Positions 54,603 to 63,484 of a stretch of 64,000 nucleotides of DNA are shown here, in pieces (position 1 is the stretch's first letter; each line of letters begins with the position of its first letter). Origin of the DNA: a virus; IMG/VR virus record IMGVR_UViG_3300010392_005355, positions 1 to 64,000 of that record. The stretch is one strand, 5' to 3'. Made by a program: the position numbers and the translations under genes. The notes beneath the pieces were generated by a model. The model was not told the origin of the DNA, made no database searches, and worked only from the letters and a program-made list of their open reading frames with translations.

Positions 54603-57401
54603 CTAGTAGGTGTAGCGGACGCCGAAGACGTAGCGGGAACCGAACTCGTCATACTGGGACAGACGGTTCTTGGAGCCGTGATAGTAGTATTCCGGCTCGT
54701 CCGTCAGGTTCTTGCCTTCGACATAGACCTGCAGATGGTCGTTCACGTCATATTTGGCAGACGCTTCGACGCTCATATGGTCGTCTGTGTAACGGTCGAT
54801 GCCTGCGCCGAACAACTCGTCCAGATAAGCAGAGCGGTAGTTGGCAGAGACGCGGATGTCCCACGGGCCCTTGTCGTAGCCGATGGCGACGTTCCAGACG
54901 CGGTCATTCTGCTTCAGCATCGGGACATCGCGGGTCTTGGCGGCGTCTTCCTCATCCTGGACGGAGGTTTCGGAGTCGGCCAGGGTGAGGTTGCCGGAGA
55001 CCAGCAGGCCTTCCCAGGCCTCGCCGAGGAAATCGAGCTGCTGGACATAGTTGAACTCAATCCCCTTCACCGTGGCGCTGCCGCCATTGATATAGGTGGT
55101 GACTTCTTCCAGCGAACCCAGCGTTTCAGCATCCAGGAAGGACAGGTCAACCGAGCTTGGCAGCTGGTCGATATCATAGGTCGCCTCGAAGATCGGGTTG
55201 GAGATGTCCTTGTAGAACAGGCCGGCCGACAGCACGGACAATTTCGTCGGATAGTATTCGATGGAAAGATCGAAATTGTTGGCTTCGTACGGATCGAGTG
55301 CCGGGTTGCCGAGCTCTGCCTCGTCGCGGTCTTCATTCAGGGCGATGGTCGGGCGCATTTCGCCAAAGGCAGGGCGCACGATGGAGGCATAATACGCCGC
55401 GCGGCCGATGAGGTTGTCCGCAAAGGCATATTTCAGGTTCAGGCTGGGCAGGAAGTGGGCATATTCATCATCATACTGACGTGTGCCAACATTTGCCGGA
55501 TCGTCTTCCTCAGCGAAGATGTTACCCTTGGCGGAGACATCGGTGGCCTCGATACGGGCACCTGCCACAACGGTCAGGTTCTGCATCTGGAACGTACCCA
55601 TGCCGTAACCGGCGATGATCATCTCATCGATCGTGTAGTCTTCGGCCAGGCTGTCAAAGTTCGAACCATCCTCATCCAGCTCGTCTGCCGTAAAGGTGCC
55701 GCGCAGGGCATTAGTCAGTCCTGCAGACGGCCACTGGAACATCGGATTGGCCATGCGCCAGCCGGAGATCTGGGAGTTTGCGGTGATGTAGTCTGTCAGC
55801 AGAACGTCGTCACGCTCATAGATTTTCAGGTTCACATCCCGCACCTTTTCGCGGTCACGCACCTTCACACCCATTTTCCAGGTGACCGGTGTGTTACCCA
55901 GGACGGTATCGTTGGTCAGGTCCAGCTTGTAGGCCCATTCGGTGTCTTCATTGGTGGTAAATTCCCGTTCGAAGGAATCCATCGTGTAGTTGGACGGGTC
56001 GAGCAGGAAGTCATAGCCGGTGCCGGAGAATTTCGGCTTTTGGGGGTCCGAATTATCCCAGACCAGGATGCCGTCACCTTCCAGATCATCAGAGCGGAAG
56101 GTCACATCGTGATTGTTGGAGTCGTCTTCTTCGGCATAGGCGTAGGAGACTTCGTAATCGAACGTCCAGTTGCCAGCATAGGTCTTGCCGCCGAGGGCGT
56201 AGGTCTGGATGTTGCGAACTTCTTCGCGCTGGCGCACTTCGGCATCGGCCTCGGCATAGTCGAAGCTGAAGCCCGTATCGGTGACGGTCGGGTCTTCTTC
56301 GTCCAGGCTGCGGATTTCGAACTTGTTGCGAACTTCGTCATCCTTGTAGCGATTGTACAGGGTGCGGAGGTAAAGCTCTGTATTCTCTGTGGCCTTGTAG
56401 TCCACATTGAAGACAAGACCGACGCGCTCGCGGGTCAGATCGTACCAGCGCATTTCGTAGTCATCGTCCGGAATGATGGCGCCGACATCTTCGTTGAAGC
56501 CCCAGCCGCCGGTTTCGTTATTGTGGGCCTGGATCTGCAGATCCTGATAGTTGATGGAGGCGGCGACACCCAGTTTTTCGCCGAACACGTTGGAATAGGT
56601 CAGCGTGGCTTTCGGGGAAATCTCTTCGGTGATTTCGTTGTAGGAGCCCTCGACCTTGGCGCGGATGAACTGGCCATCGCGGTCAAAGGCGGAGATGGTT
56701 TTCAGATTGATCACACCACCGATGGTGTCGGCGTCGACATTCGGGGTCAGGGATTTCTGAACCTCGATACCGTCGAGAAGGTCAGACGGCACACCATCCA
56801 GCAGAACGCCGCGGCGGTCTTCCGGGGAGGGGGTGCGCACGCCGTTGATGGTGGCGGAGATGAGGTCTGTGTTGATGCCGCGGATGGAGACGTAGCGGCC
56901 TTCGCCCTGGTCGTTCTCGATGGACAGGCCCGGCACGCGGGAAAGGCTGTCAGCAACGGTCGTGTCGGGGAAGTTGCCGAGGCCGTCGGAGTCGATCACG
57001 TTGATGATGGCATCGGAGGCGCGCTGCTGGTTGATGGCGCCGGCCTGGGCCGCAGCAGAGCCGACGACCAGAACGTTGTCGAGATAGCGCACATCGCCGC
57101 CGAGCACGATGTCATAGGTGGAGTCGCCGGAGATGTTCACCGTGTCCGTGACCGTGTCTGCGCCGACATAGGAGATCGAAAGCGTGTAGTCGCCAGCCGG
57201 AATGCTGGTGAAGCGGTATGCGCCAAAACGGTCTGAGGAGGCGCTGCGGCCGAGTTCCTCAATCGTCACAATGGCGCCCTGCAGCGGCGCTTCGCCGGTC
57301 GCGTCGGTGACAACACCTTTGAGGATGTCGGCGGAAGCAGCCTGGACCAGGGTGGCCGTGGCGGCACCCAGGAGCAATAGCTTGCGGGTGGTTGAAGTCA
57401 T
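54603..57401 (-). CDS. TonB-dependent receptor (phytase-associated type)
   Basis: Signal peptide, DQGEGRYVSIRG plug, GNPALDPY, C-term GVRYTY. Confidence 0.95.
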   Translation of the reverse strand: MTSTTRKLLLLGAATATLVQAASADILKGVVTDATGEAPLQGAIVTIEELGRSASSDRFGAYRFTSIPAGDYTLSISYVGADTVTDTVNISGDSTYDIVLGGDVRYLDNVLVVGSAAAQAGAINQQRASDAIINVIDSDGLGNFPDTTVADSLSRVPGLSIENDQGEGRYVSIRGINTDLISATINGVRTPSPEDRRGVLLDGVPSDLLDGIEVQKSLTPNVDADTIGGVINLKTISAFDRDGQFIRAKVEGSYNEITEEISPKATLTYSNVFGEKLGVAASINYQDLQIQAHNNETGGWGFNEDVGAIIPDDDYEMRWYDLTRERVGLVFNVDYKATENTELYLRTLYNRYKDDEVRNKFEIRSLDEEDPTVTDTGFSFDYAEADAEVRQREEVRNIQTYALGGKTYAGNWTFDYEVSYAYAEEDDSNNHDVTFRSDDLEGDGILVWDNSDPQKPKFSGTGYDFLLDPSNYTMDSFEREFTTNEDTEWAYKLDLTNDTVLGNTPVTWKMGVKVRDREKVRDVNLKIYERDDVLLTDYITANSQISGWRMANPMFQWPSAGLTNALRGTFTADELDEDGSNFDSLAEDYTIDEMIIAGYGMGTFQMQNLTVVAGARIEATDVSAKGNIFAEEDDPANVGTRQYDDEYAHFLPSLNLKYAFADNLIGRAAYYASIVRPAFGEMRPTIALNEDRDEAELGNPALDPYEANNFDLSIEYYPTKLSVLSAGLFYKDISNPIFEATYDIDQLPSSVDLSFLDAETLGSLEEVTTYINGGSATVKGIEFNYVQQLDFLGEAWEGLLVSGNLTLADSETSVQDEEDAAKTRDVPMLKQNDRVWNVAIGYDKGPWDIRVSANYRSAYLDELFGAGIDRYTDDHMSVEASAKYDVNDHLQVYVEGKNLTDEPEYYYHGSKNRLSQYDEFGSRYVFGVRYTY

Positions 57402-57447
57402 GGGAGGAAGTCCTTCTCTCTGGATGGCGGCCCGTTCCCACGGCTCC

Positions 57448-57485
57448 GTTACGCCTGAATGACAGATGCGTAATGTTTTTGTGAC
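57448..57485 (-). promoter_or_regulatory. Tandem Pho-box-like (PhoB) repeats
   Basis: Minus strand GTCAC/ATTAC/GTCAT/GTAAC at exact 11-bp period, upstream of TBDR-phytase. Confidence 0.7.
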
Positions 57486-57679
57486 GCTCCCCGGTTTCAT
57501 TAGGTTTTTGGGCCAAGCCCCGGTCATGCGGGGAGAAATTCGTGCTTTTCCTGCAACACATCTGTGTCCGGATGGGCGGCCGCGCGGGAGAATCATACGG
57601 GATTCATGAAGTCTACCCACGCGCGAATCCGATGGGGACGGGCATGGGGGAAACTGCCCTCATGAGACGGGAGGGACGC

Positions 57680-58498
57680 ATGTCACATCATCCGAAGAGG
57701 GAACGTTTGAAGCGCCAGATCCGGCTCTGCTGGCTGCTCGGCTGGAGCGTTACGCGCATTGCGGCGCAGGTGGGGCTGCACCGCACAAGCGTCTACCGCC
57801 TGATGCGCGAACATGAGCTGAACGAGCCGGAAAAGCCGCTGGAGCGCCTGCAGCTGGCCATGGATGAAGCGCAGGACCAGGCGACGGAACAGATGCTGGC
57901 CGCCGCCGCGGCGGGCGAGGACATCGCGCCGAGAGTGACGCAGCTGGTGCGGGTCAGCACGGAAGTGCGCCAGCTGGAAATGGCAGGAATCAAGGTCGGG
58001 GGGATCGCCCATGAACGGGAGGCCGCAAATCAAGCCGCAGACGAGGAAGAGGACATCTATGCCTTCCTCTCCGATGAAGGGGCCCAGACGGGCGGCCATG
58101 AGAGGAAAGGGCGACCAGCTGATGGATCCGGACTTCCGCCGAAAGGTGCGCCGGGCCTGCGAGACGGGGGACTGGAGCGACCTGCCGCCGAAGACGGGCG
58201 AACTGGTGGCGGAGAATCCGTGGTTGCGCCTGGCCCGCGATACACAGGTTCCACCGCGGGCGGGCTGGCGGACATGTCTGTTCATGGGCGGACGCGGCGC
58301 TGGCAAGACACGGGCCGGGGCGGAATGGCTGCGCTGGAGCCTGCTGCACGGCGGGCGGAGGCGTGCGGCGCTGGTGGGCCCGGCCCTGCACGATGTGCGC
58401 GAAGTGATGATCGACGGACCGAGCGGCCTGAAATGGATCGAGCCCAGGCAGGATCTTCGCCCGGTCTATCATGCGAGCCGGCGTATCCTGCGCTTTGA
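57680..58498 (+). CDS. GTA small terminase-like HTH protein
   Basis: GWSVTRIAAQVGLHRTSVYR HTH upstream of terL; C-terminal part overlaps terL. Confidence 0.55.
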   Translation: MSHHPKRERLKRQIRLCWLLGWSVTRIAAQVGLHRTSVYRLMREHELNEPEKPLERLQLAMDEAQDQATEQMLAAAAAGEDIAPRVTQLVRVSTEVRQLEMAGIKVGGIAHEREAANQAADEEEDIYAFLSDEGAQTGGHERKGRPADGSGLPPKGAPGLRDGGLERPAAEDGRTGGGESVVAPGPRYTGSTAGGLADMSVHGRTRRWQDTGRGGMAALEPAARRAEACGAGGPGPARCARSDDRRTERPEMDRAQAGSSPGLSCEPAYPAL

Positions 58499-59420
58499 CA
58501 ATGGCGCAGAGGCGCATGTCTTCTCCGCCGAAGACCCGGACAGTCTGCGCGGCCCGCAATTCGATGTCGCCTGGTGTGACGAGATTGCCGCCTGGGCGAA
58601 GGGAGAGGCAGTGTGGGACACGCTGCAGATGGGTCTGCGCCTGGGGGCGGCTCCGCGCTGCTTTGCGTCCACGACGCCGCGGGCGGTGGGCCTGATGCGC
58701 CGCCTGCTGTCTGCGGGAGAGGATGAGGCCGTGCATGTGCTGCGCGCCGGGACGCAGGAGAATGCCGGCAATCTGTCACCGGATTTCCTGCGCGCCATGA
58801 AGGCCGCCTATGGCGATAGCCAGCTGGCTCGGCAGGAGCTGAACGGCGAATTCATGGAAGACCCCGAAGGCGCCTTGTTCCGTAGGGGGATGATTGACGG
58901 CGCCCGTGTCGATGCCCCGCCCATGATGGAGGATGTGATCGTCGCGGTCGACCCGCCGGCGACCAGCGGTCCGGCGGCGGATGCGTGCGGCATCATCGCG
59001 GCGGGCGTGCGCAGCGGCCATGCCTATGTGCTGGCGGATGCGTCTGCGCCGGGGCTGAAGCCGCTGGACTGGGCCCGGCGCGCGGTGGCGGTTTGCCGCG
59101 AGACCGGCGCGCGGGAGATTATCGCGGAGGCCAATCAGGGCGGCGAAATGGTGCGGCAGATTTTGGAGAGCGCCGGGGCGGGCGTGCCGGTGCGGCTGGT
59201 GCATGCGCGGCTGGGCAAGCGGGCGCGGGCGGCCCCGGTGGCAACATTGTACGCACAGGGACGGGTCAGCCATGTCGGCCTGCTGCCCACGCTGGAAGAC
59301 CAGATGTGCCGGTTTGGCGCGGAAGGGTTCCGCGGCTCACCGGACCGCGTGGACGCGCTGGTCTGGGCGGTGTGGGCGTTGGTGCTGGAAGGTGCCGGGC
59401 CATGGGTGCGGGTGTTGTGA
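58122..59420 (+). CDS. GTA large terminase
   Basis: MGGRGAGKTRAGAEW, LRGPQFD.AWCDE, VAVDPP, SPDRVDALVWA; start uncertain. Confidence 0.92.
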   Translation: MDPDFRRKVRRACETGDWSDLPPKTGELVAENPWLRLARDTQVPPRAGWRTCLFMGGRGAGKTRAGAEWLRWSLLHGGRRRAALVGPALHDVREVMIDGPSGLKWIEPRQDLRPVYHASRRILRFDNGAEAHVFSAEDPDSLRGPQFDVAWCDEIAAWAKGEAVWDTLQMGLRLGAAPRCFASTTPRAVGLMRRLLSAGEDEAVHVLRAGTQENAGNLSPDFLRAMKAAYGDSQLARQELNGEFMEDPEGALFRRGMIDGARVDAPPMMEDVIVAVDPPATSGPAADACGIIAAGVRSGHAYVLADASAPGLKPLDWARRAVAVCRETGAREIIAEANQGGEMVRQILESAGAGVPVRLVHARLGKRARAAPVATLYAQGRVSHVGLLPTLEDQMCRFGAEGFRGSPDRVDALVWAVWALVLEGAGPWVRVL

Positions 59421-59436
59421 GGGGGGAGTCCGCAGG

Positions 59437-59536
59437 AACCCCCTCTGTCTCCCCCTTTTCAAGGGGGAGGACGCAGATAGCAGGCGCCTTGCTTGGGGAC
59501 ACTCTCCCCCCTGCAAGGGGGGAGTTGGAGGGGGTT
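59437..59536 (-). repeat. ~100 bp palindromic repeat element, copy A
   Basis: Two CTCCCCC...GGGGGAG hairpins within terminal inverted repeats; reverse complement aligns with 62932-63032. Confidence 0.8.
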
Positions 59537-59555
59537 AAGCGGAGGTTCGGGAAGG

Positions 59556-59921
59556 TTAGTCTTGCTGGCGCAGGCGCGACTCCACCTCTCGCTTGATCGT
59601 GTCAGCCACGGCATCCAGAGAGTCGTCTATATAGGAGACAGGGATGCGCAGGACGGTGATGCCCTTGCTGGCGAGGAAGGCATCGCGGCGGGCGTCTGCG
59701 GCCTCATCATGCCAGTCGCCATCGACCTCGACGGCGAGCTTCAGGGAGGGGCAGTAATAATCGAGGAAATAGGGGCCGACAGGATGTTGGCGGCGGAAGG
59801 AAGCGCCCATTTGCCCGCGGCTGAGTACAGGCCAAAGACGGCGCTCTGTCTGAGTGGCGGATTGGCGAAGTGCACGGGCGCGGCGTGTCTGTTCAGGCTT
59901 GCGCGAGAACGGCGCCGCCAT
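59556..59921 (-). CDS. DUF559 (Vsr-like) endonuclease
   Basis: ARALRQSAT.TERRLW, FRRQHPVGPYFLD, VEVDG..H, RDAFL. Confidence 0.92.
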   Translation of the reverse strand: MAAPFSRKPEQTRRARALRQSATQTERRLWPVLSRGQMGASFRRQHPVGPYFLDYYCPSLKLAVEVDGDWHDEAADARRDAFLASKGITVLRIPVSYIDDSLDAVADTIKREVESRLRQQD

Positions 59922-59924
59922 GCA

Positions 59925-60410
59925 TCAGCCCCCCGTGCGGAAGGCTTTGCGGCCGAAATAGGCGTTTTTGGGGGGCGTGGGTTTGTCGTCGTCGGAGGCC
60001 GTTTCCTCCGTGGACGTTTCTTCTGCTGCGGTTTCCGCCTCTGCCGGTTTGGCTTCCGCTGCGGATTCTAGCGGGGCGGGCATGTTGCCGGTCATCAGGC
60101 CGCGAATCCAGGCGCAGGCGGCGCCGGCGGTGGAGACTTCGATGTCCGGGACGGTCTTGTCCATGCGGCGGGCGAGCTGGCGCGCCTGGTGGGCGGTCAG
60201 GGATTTCAGCACCTTGTCGAAGATCTCCGGCCCGACTGTTTCGCGGAGGGCCTTCATGTCTTCCGTGGTCTGACCCGCGGAGACCATCAGTCTCTTGACG
60301 AGAATTTCTGTGGCGGCGGAGAAGTCTTTCTCCCCCAGCTTGCCGAAGCGGTCTTTCTGGCCGAGCAGGGCGCCGAGGGCGTTGGCGCTGTCCTTGGGGG
60401 CGTCGGTCAT
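59925..60410 (-). CDS. Hypothetical protein
   Basis: ATGA coupling to the parA-like gene. Confidence 0.7.
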   Translation of the reverse strand: MTDAPKDSANALGALLGQKDRFGKLGEKDFSAATEILVKRLMVSAGQTTEDMKALRETVGPEIFDKVLKSLTAHQARQLARRMDKTVPDIEVSTAGAACAWIRGLMTGNMPAPLESAAEAKPAEAETAAEETSTEETASDDDKPTPPKNAYFGRKAFRTGG

Positions 60411-61291
60411 TGGATTTTCTCCCGCACTTCCTTGAGAAGGCTTTCCACAACGCCGAGCGCTTCGCCTGGCCATTTTGCCTTCAGGGTCGGTTCCGGGCCG
60501 AGCTCGATCGGGTTTGTGGCAAAGCCCTGTTTCATCGGCACAACGGTCTTGAACATGGTGAATTCGGTTTCCTTGGCGTTCGCCGCCTCGCGCATGGCAT
60601 TGAGGACCACTTGCTGGTGCGGTGTGCCATCATAGCGAGTCGCCAGAACGCAGGGGAGGCTGTCAATGTCCCGCCCGCGCAGATTGCGCATGATGTCGCC
60701 TGTGAAGAGGTCGAGGCCGAGTGTGGACATGAAGTCCGGAATGGTGGGCACGATGATCAGGTGGCTGGCGGCCAGGACGGTTTCGGTCATCACGGAAATG
60801 CCGGGCGGGCAGTCACAGATGATGACGTCATAATCGGCTTTCAGCTTTTCAAAGTCATCGCGCATGCGGCGGCCGACCTGGCCCTGCAGGGCCTCCATGG
60901 AATAGCCCTTGGCGGTCAGCTCATAGATCAGCTCGCGCTCTGTCTTGCGCAGGCGCGGTGAGGAGGGGATCAGGTCCAGCTCCAGCGGCTTGCCATTGTA
61001 GGAGACATCGGACGCGTCGGTGACGATGAAGTCTGAGAGGCGCTTGTGCTCACCGGCGAAGAAATTCTCCAGCAGCCAGTCAGAAATCGTGACGTATTCA
61101 TTGATCGCGCGGAACAGATGTTCGTCGCCCTCATGGCCGAAAACGAGCAGCGAGGCGTTGGCCTGCGTATCCAGATCCACGACCAGCGTGCGGAAGCCAT
61201 TGGCGGCAAATGCCTCTGCAAGGCTGACACAAGTGGTGGTTTTGCCGACCCCGCCCTTGGAGTTGGCAATGGAAATGACACGTGCTGACAT
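60407..61291 (-). CDS. ParA-family ATPase
   Basis: KGGVGKTT, DLDTQANAS, DCPPG. Confidence 0.92.
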   Translation of the reverse strand: MSARVISIANSKGGVGKTTTCVSLAEAFAANGFRTLVVDLDTQANASLLVFGHEGDEHLFRAINEYVTISDWLLENFFAGEHKRLSDFIVTDASDVSYNGKPLELDLIPSSPRLRKTERELIYELTAKGYSMEALQGQVGRRMRDDFEKLKADYDVIICDCPPGISVMTETVLAASHLIIVPTIPDFMSTLGLDLFTGDIMRNLRGRDIDSLPCVLATRYDGTPHQQVVLNAMREAANAKETEFTMFKTVVPMKQGFATNPIELGPEPTLKAKWPGEALGVVESLLKEVREKIQ

Positions 61292-61508
61292 TCTGTTAGC
61301 TCCCTGGCGCCTGATAGTTCGGCGAAAAAGCAGATTTGCGCCGGTCTGGCTATGCCTGCACGGGAATAAAATACAGGGAAAAATTCGGCGCTTTCCCTGA
61401 TGTTTTAGCGGTAGGCCGCTGTTTTTGGAAGGGTTTTCCAAACTGAATCCGATGGGGATGTCAGGGATTTAATTTCTGCTCATCGAACGAAACAGAGCGG
61501 AGCCCTTC

Positions 61509-62675
61509 ATGAAACCCATCTGGCCTTTCCGATTGCCCCAGCGCGAGGCGAAAGCGGCGGTGCCTCTGGTCGCGCTATCAGAAATCGGGACGGCCAGATG
61601 GGGCGCCCGCGATGGCGCGGCGTTGACGCGGGACGGGTATCTGCAGAATGCCGTGGCCTATCGCGCGGTGCGCATGGTGGCCGAGGCGGCGGCGTCCGTT
61701 CCGCTGGTGACGGCGCACGATGGCGCGGCGCGGCTGATCCGCAGGCCGCAGCCGGACGGCGTGGCGGCGGAACTGTTCGAGGCGGTCTATTCCCAGCTTC
61801 AGCTGACCGGCAATGCCTTTCTGGAAGGCGTCTGCCTGGAGGCTGTGGGGGCGGCGGCCAGTGGGGCGGCCAGTGGGGCGGATGGGGCGGGGGTGTCTGC
61901 GCTGTATGCGCTGGCCCCGTCCGCCATGCGGCCGCTGAAGGATGCGCGCGGCTGGGTGGAGGCCTGGGCCGTGAAGGAACGCCATGGCGAGCGGGTGATC
62001 CGCCGCGATGCAGAGACGGGCTGGAGCCCGGTGCTGCACCTGAAACTGTTCAACCCGGTGAATGACACGTTGGGCCTGGCCCCGCTGGGCGCGGCGCGGC
62101 GGGCGCTGGACCTGCACAATGCGAGCGCGGACTGGGCGAAGGCGCTGATCGATAATTCGGCCAAGCCCTCCGGCGCGCTGGTCTATGGCGGGCATGGGCG
62201 GATGCCGCCGGACCAGTTCGAGGCGCTGAAGACGGAGCTGGAGAGCATGTATTCCGGCGCCAGCAATGCGGGGCGGCCCCTGCTGCTGGAGGGCGGGTTG
62301 GAGTGGCGGCCGATGTCTCTGTCGCCAGCGGAGATGGATTTTCTGGAGGCGCGGCATGGCGCGGCGCGGGAGATTGCGCTGGCGCTGGGCGTGCCGCCCA
62401 TGCTGTTGGGGATTCCGGGGGATAATACGTATTCGAACTATAAGGAGGCGAACCTCGCCTTCTGGCGGATGACGATTTTGCCGCTGGTGCAGAAATTCGC
62501 GGGCGCGCTGTCGGCCTGGCTGGATGTGCCATTCGGGCAGGATGTGGAGATCCGCGCAGACATTGACCGCGTGCCGGCCCTGTCGGCCGAGAGGGATGCG
62601 CTGTGGGCGCGGCTGGAAGGCGCGAGCTTTGCGACCGCAGAGGAGAAGCGACGTCTGGCGGGGCTGCAATCATGA
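61509..62675 (+). CDS. GTA portal protein (HK97 family)
   Basis: YRAVRMVAEAAASVP, NSAKPSGALVY, GVPPMLLGIPGDNTYSNY. Confidence 0.95.
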   Translation: MKPIWPFRLPQREAKAAVPLVALSEIGTARWGARDGAALTRDGYLQNAVAYRAVRMVAEAAASVPLVTAHDGAARLIRRPQPDGVAAELFEAVYSQLQLTGNAFLEGVCLEAVGAAASGAASGADGAGVSALYALAPSAMRPLKDARGWVEAWAVKERHGERVIRRDAETGWSPVLHLKLFNPVNDTLGLAPLGAARRALDLHNASADWAKALIDNSAKPSGALVYGGHGRMPPDQFEALKTELESMYSGASNAGRPLLLEGGLEWRPMSLSPAEMDFLEARHGAAREIALALGVPPMLLGIPGDNTYSNYKEANLAFWRMTILPLVQKFAGALSAWLDVPFGQDVEIRADIDRVPALSAERDALWARLEGASFATAEEKRRLAGLQS

Positions 62676-62902
62676 AGATGGAGCAGAAAGTGACGGCAGG
62701 CTTTGTGCTGGCCGTGATGGTGCAGACCGGCGGCGCGCTGGTCTGGGCCGGGGCAGCGGCGGAGCGGATTTCGCACCTGGAGCAAACCGTCCGGGAACGG
62801 CGCACAATGGTGGAACGGCTGGCGCGCCTGGAAGAGGGCGTCGACCGGATGGAAAGCCAGCTGGACCGGATAGAGCGGAAGATGGAGGCGGGGGATGAGT
62901 AG
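62672..62902 (+). CDS. Small GTA protein (TM plus coiled coil)
   Basis: Between portal and protease with overlaps. Confidence 0.65.
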   Translation: MKMEQKVTAGFVLAVMVQTGGALVWAGAAAERISHLEQTVRERRTMVERLARLEEGVDRMESQLDRIERKMEAGDE

Positions 62903-63446
62903 GCGTTTTTGCGAAGATGCGCGTGCGCATTACCCCCCTCTACCTCCCCCCTTTCAGGGGGGAGAATGGCCCTCAAGCAAGGCGGCTGCTGTTCGGGTTC
63001 CTCCCCCTGCAAGGGAGAGGACAGGTGGGGGTCATGATACGAGACGCGACCTCCTCATCGAAGGCTATGCCTCTCTCTTCGGGGTACCGGATGCGAGCGG
63101 GGATGTGGTGCGGGCCGGAGCGTTTACGCGGAGCCTGCAGCGGGCGGCGCGTGTGCCGATGCTGTTGCAGCACAGGCCGGGCGCGATTGCCGGGCGCTGG
63201 GTGCGCATGGTGGAGGATGGACGCGGGCTGTACGTGCGTGGGCTGATCGAAAGCGAGGCGGCGCGCAGCATGGCGAAGAGCGGCCTGAGCGGCCTGTCCA
63301 TCGGCTTTCGCCCGCGTATCTGGAACCGTTTGAGGGCGGACGGGCGGGAACTGATCGAGGTGGATCTGGTGGAAGTGTCCCTGGTGGGCAGCCCGATGCA
63401 GGCCCGTGCCCGGTTTGCCCTGATGGGCGCGGCGGTGGCGGCGTGA
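62895..63446 (+). CDS. GTA prohead protease (HK97) with N-terminal repeat-derived insertion
   Basis: IEGYASLFG, MLLQH, GLSIGFR, LVEVSLV. Confidence 0.9.
   Translation: MSRRFCEDARAHYPPLPPPFQGGEWPSSKAAAVRVPPPARERTGGGHDTRRDLLIEGYASLFGVPDASGDVVRAGAFTRSLQRAARVPMLLQHRPGAIAGRWVRMVEDGRGLYVRGLIESEAARSMAKSGLSGLSIGFRPRIWNRLRADGRELIEVDLVEVSLVGSPMQARARFALMGAAVAA
62932..63032 (+). repeat. ~100 bp palindromic repeat element, copy B (inside the protease ORF)
   Basis: Inverted homolog of 59437-59536, including central AAGCAAGGCG(G/C)CTGCT. Confidence 0.8.
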
Positions 63447-63484
63447 GGGATGACAAGCGGATGAGTAGTTTAACAGGAGAGAGC

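Noticed and set aside
54510-57236. 908-aa plus-strand ORF
   Set aside because: Antisense shadow of the TonB-dependent receptor; typical of high-GC codon bias, no motifs
60407-61291. Plasmid/chromosome partition locus
   Set aside because: No parB or parS recognised nearby; treated as an orphan ParA-family ATPase
61845-61895. GCGGCCAGTGGG tandem repeat in the GTA portal
   Set aside because: Short in-frame slippage in a probable loop; no evidence of phase variation
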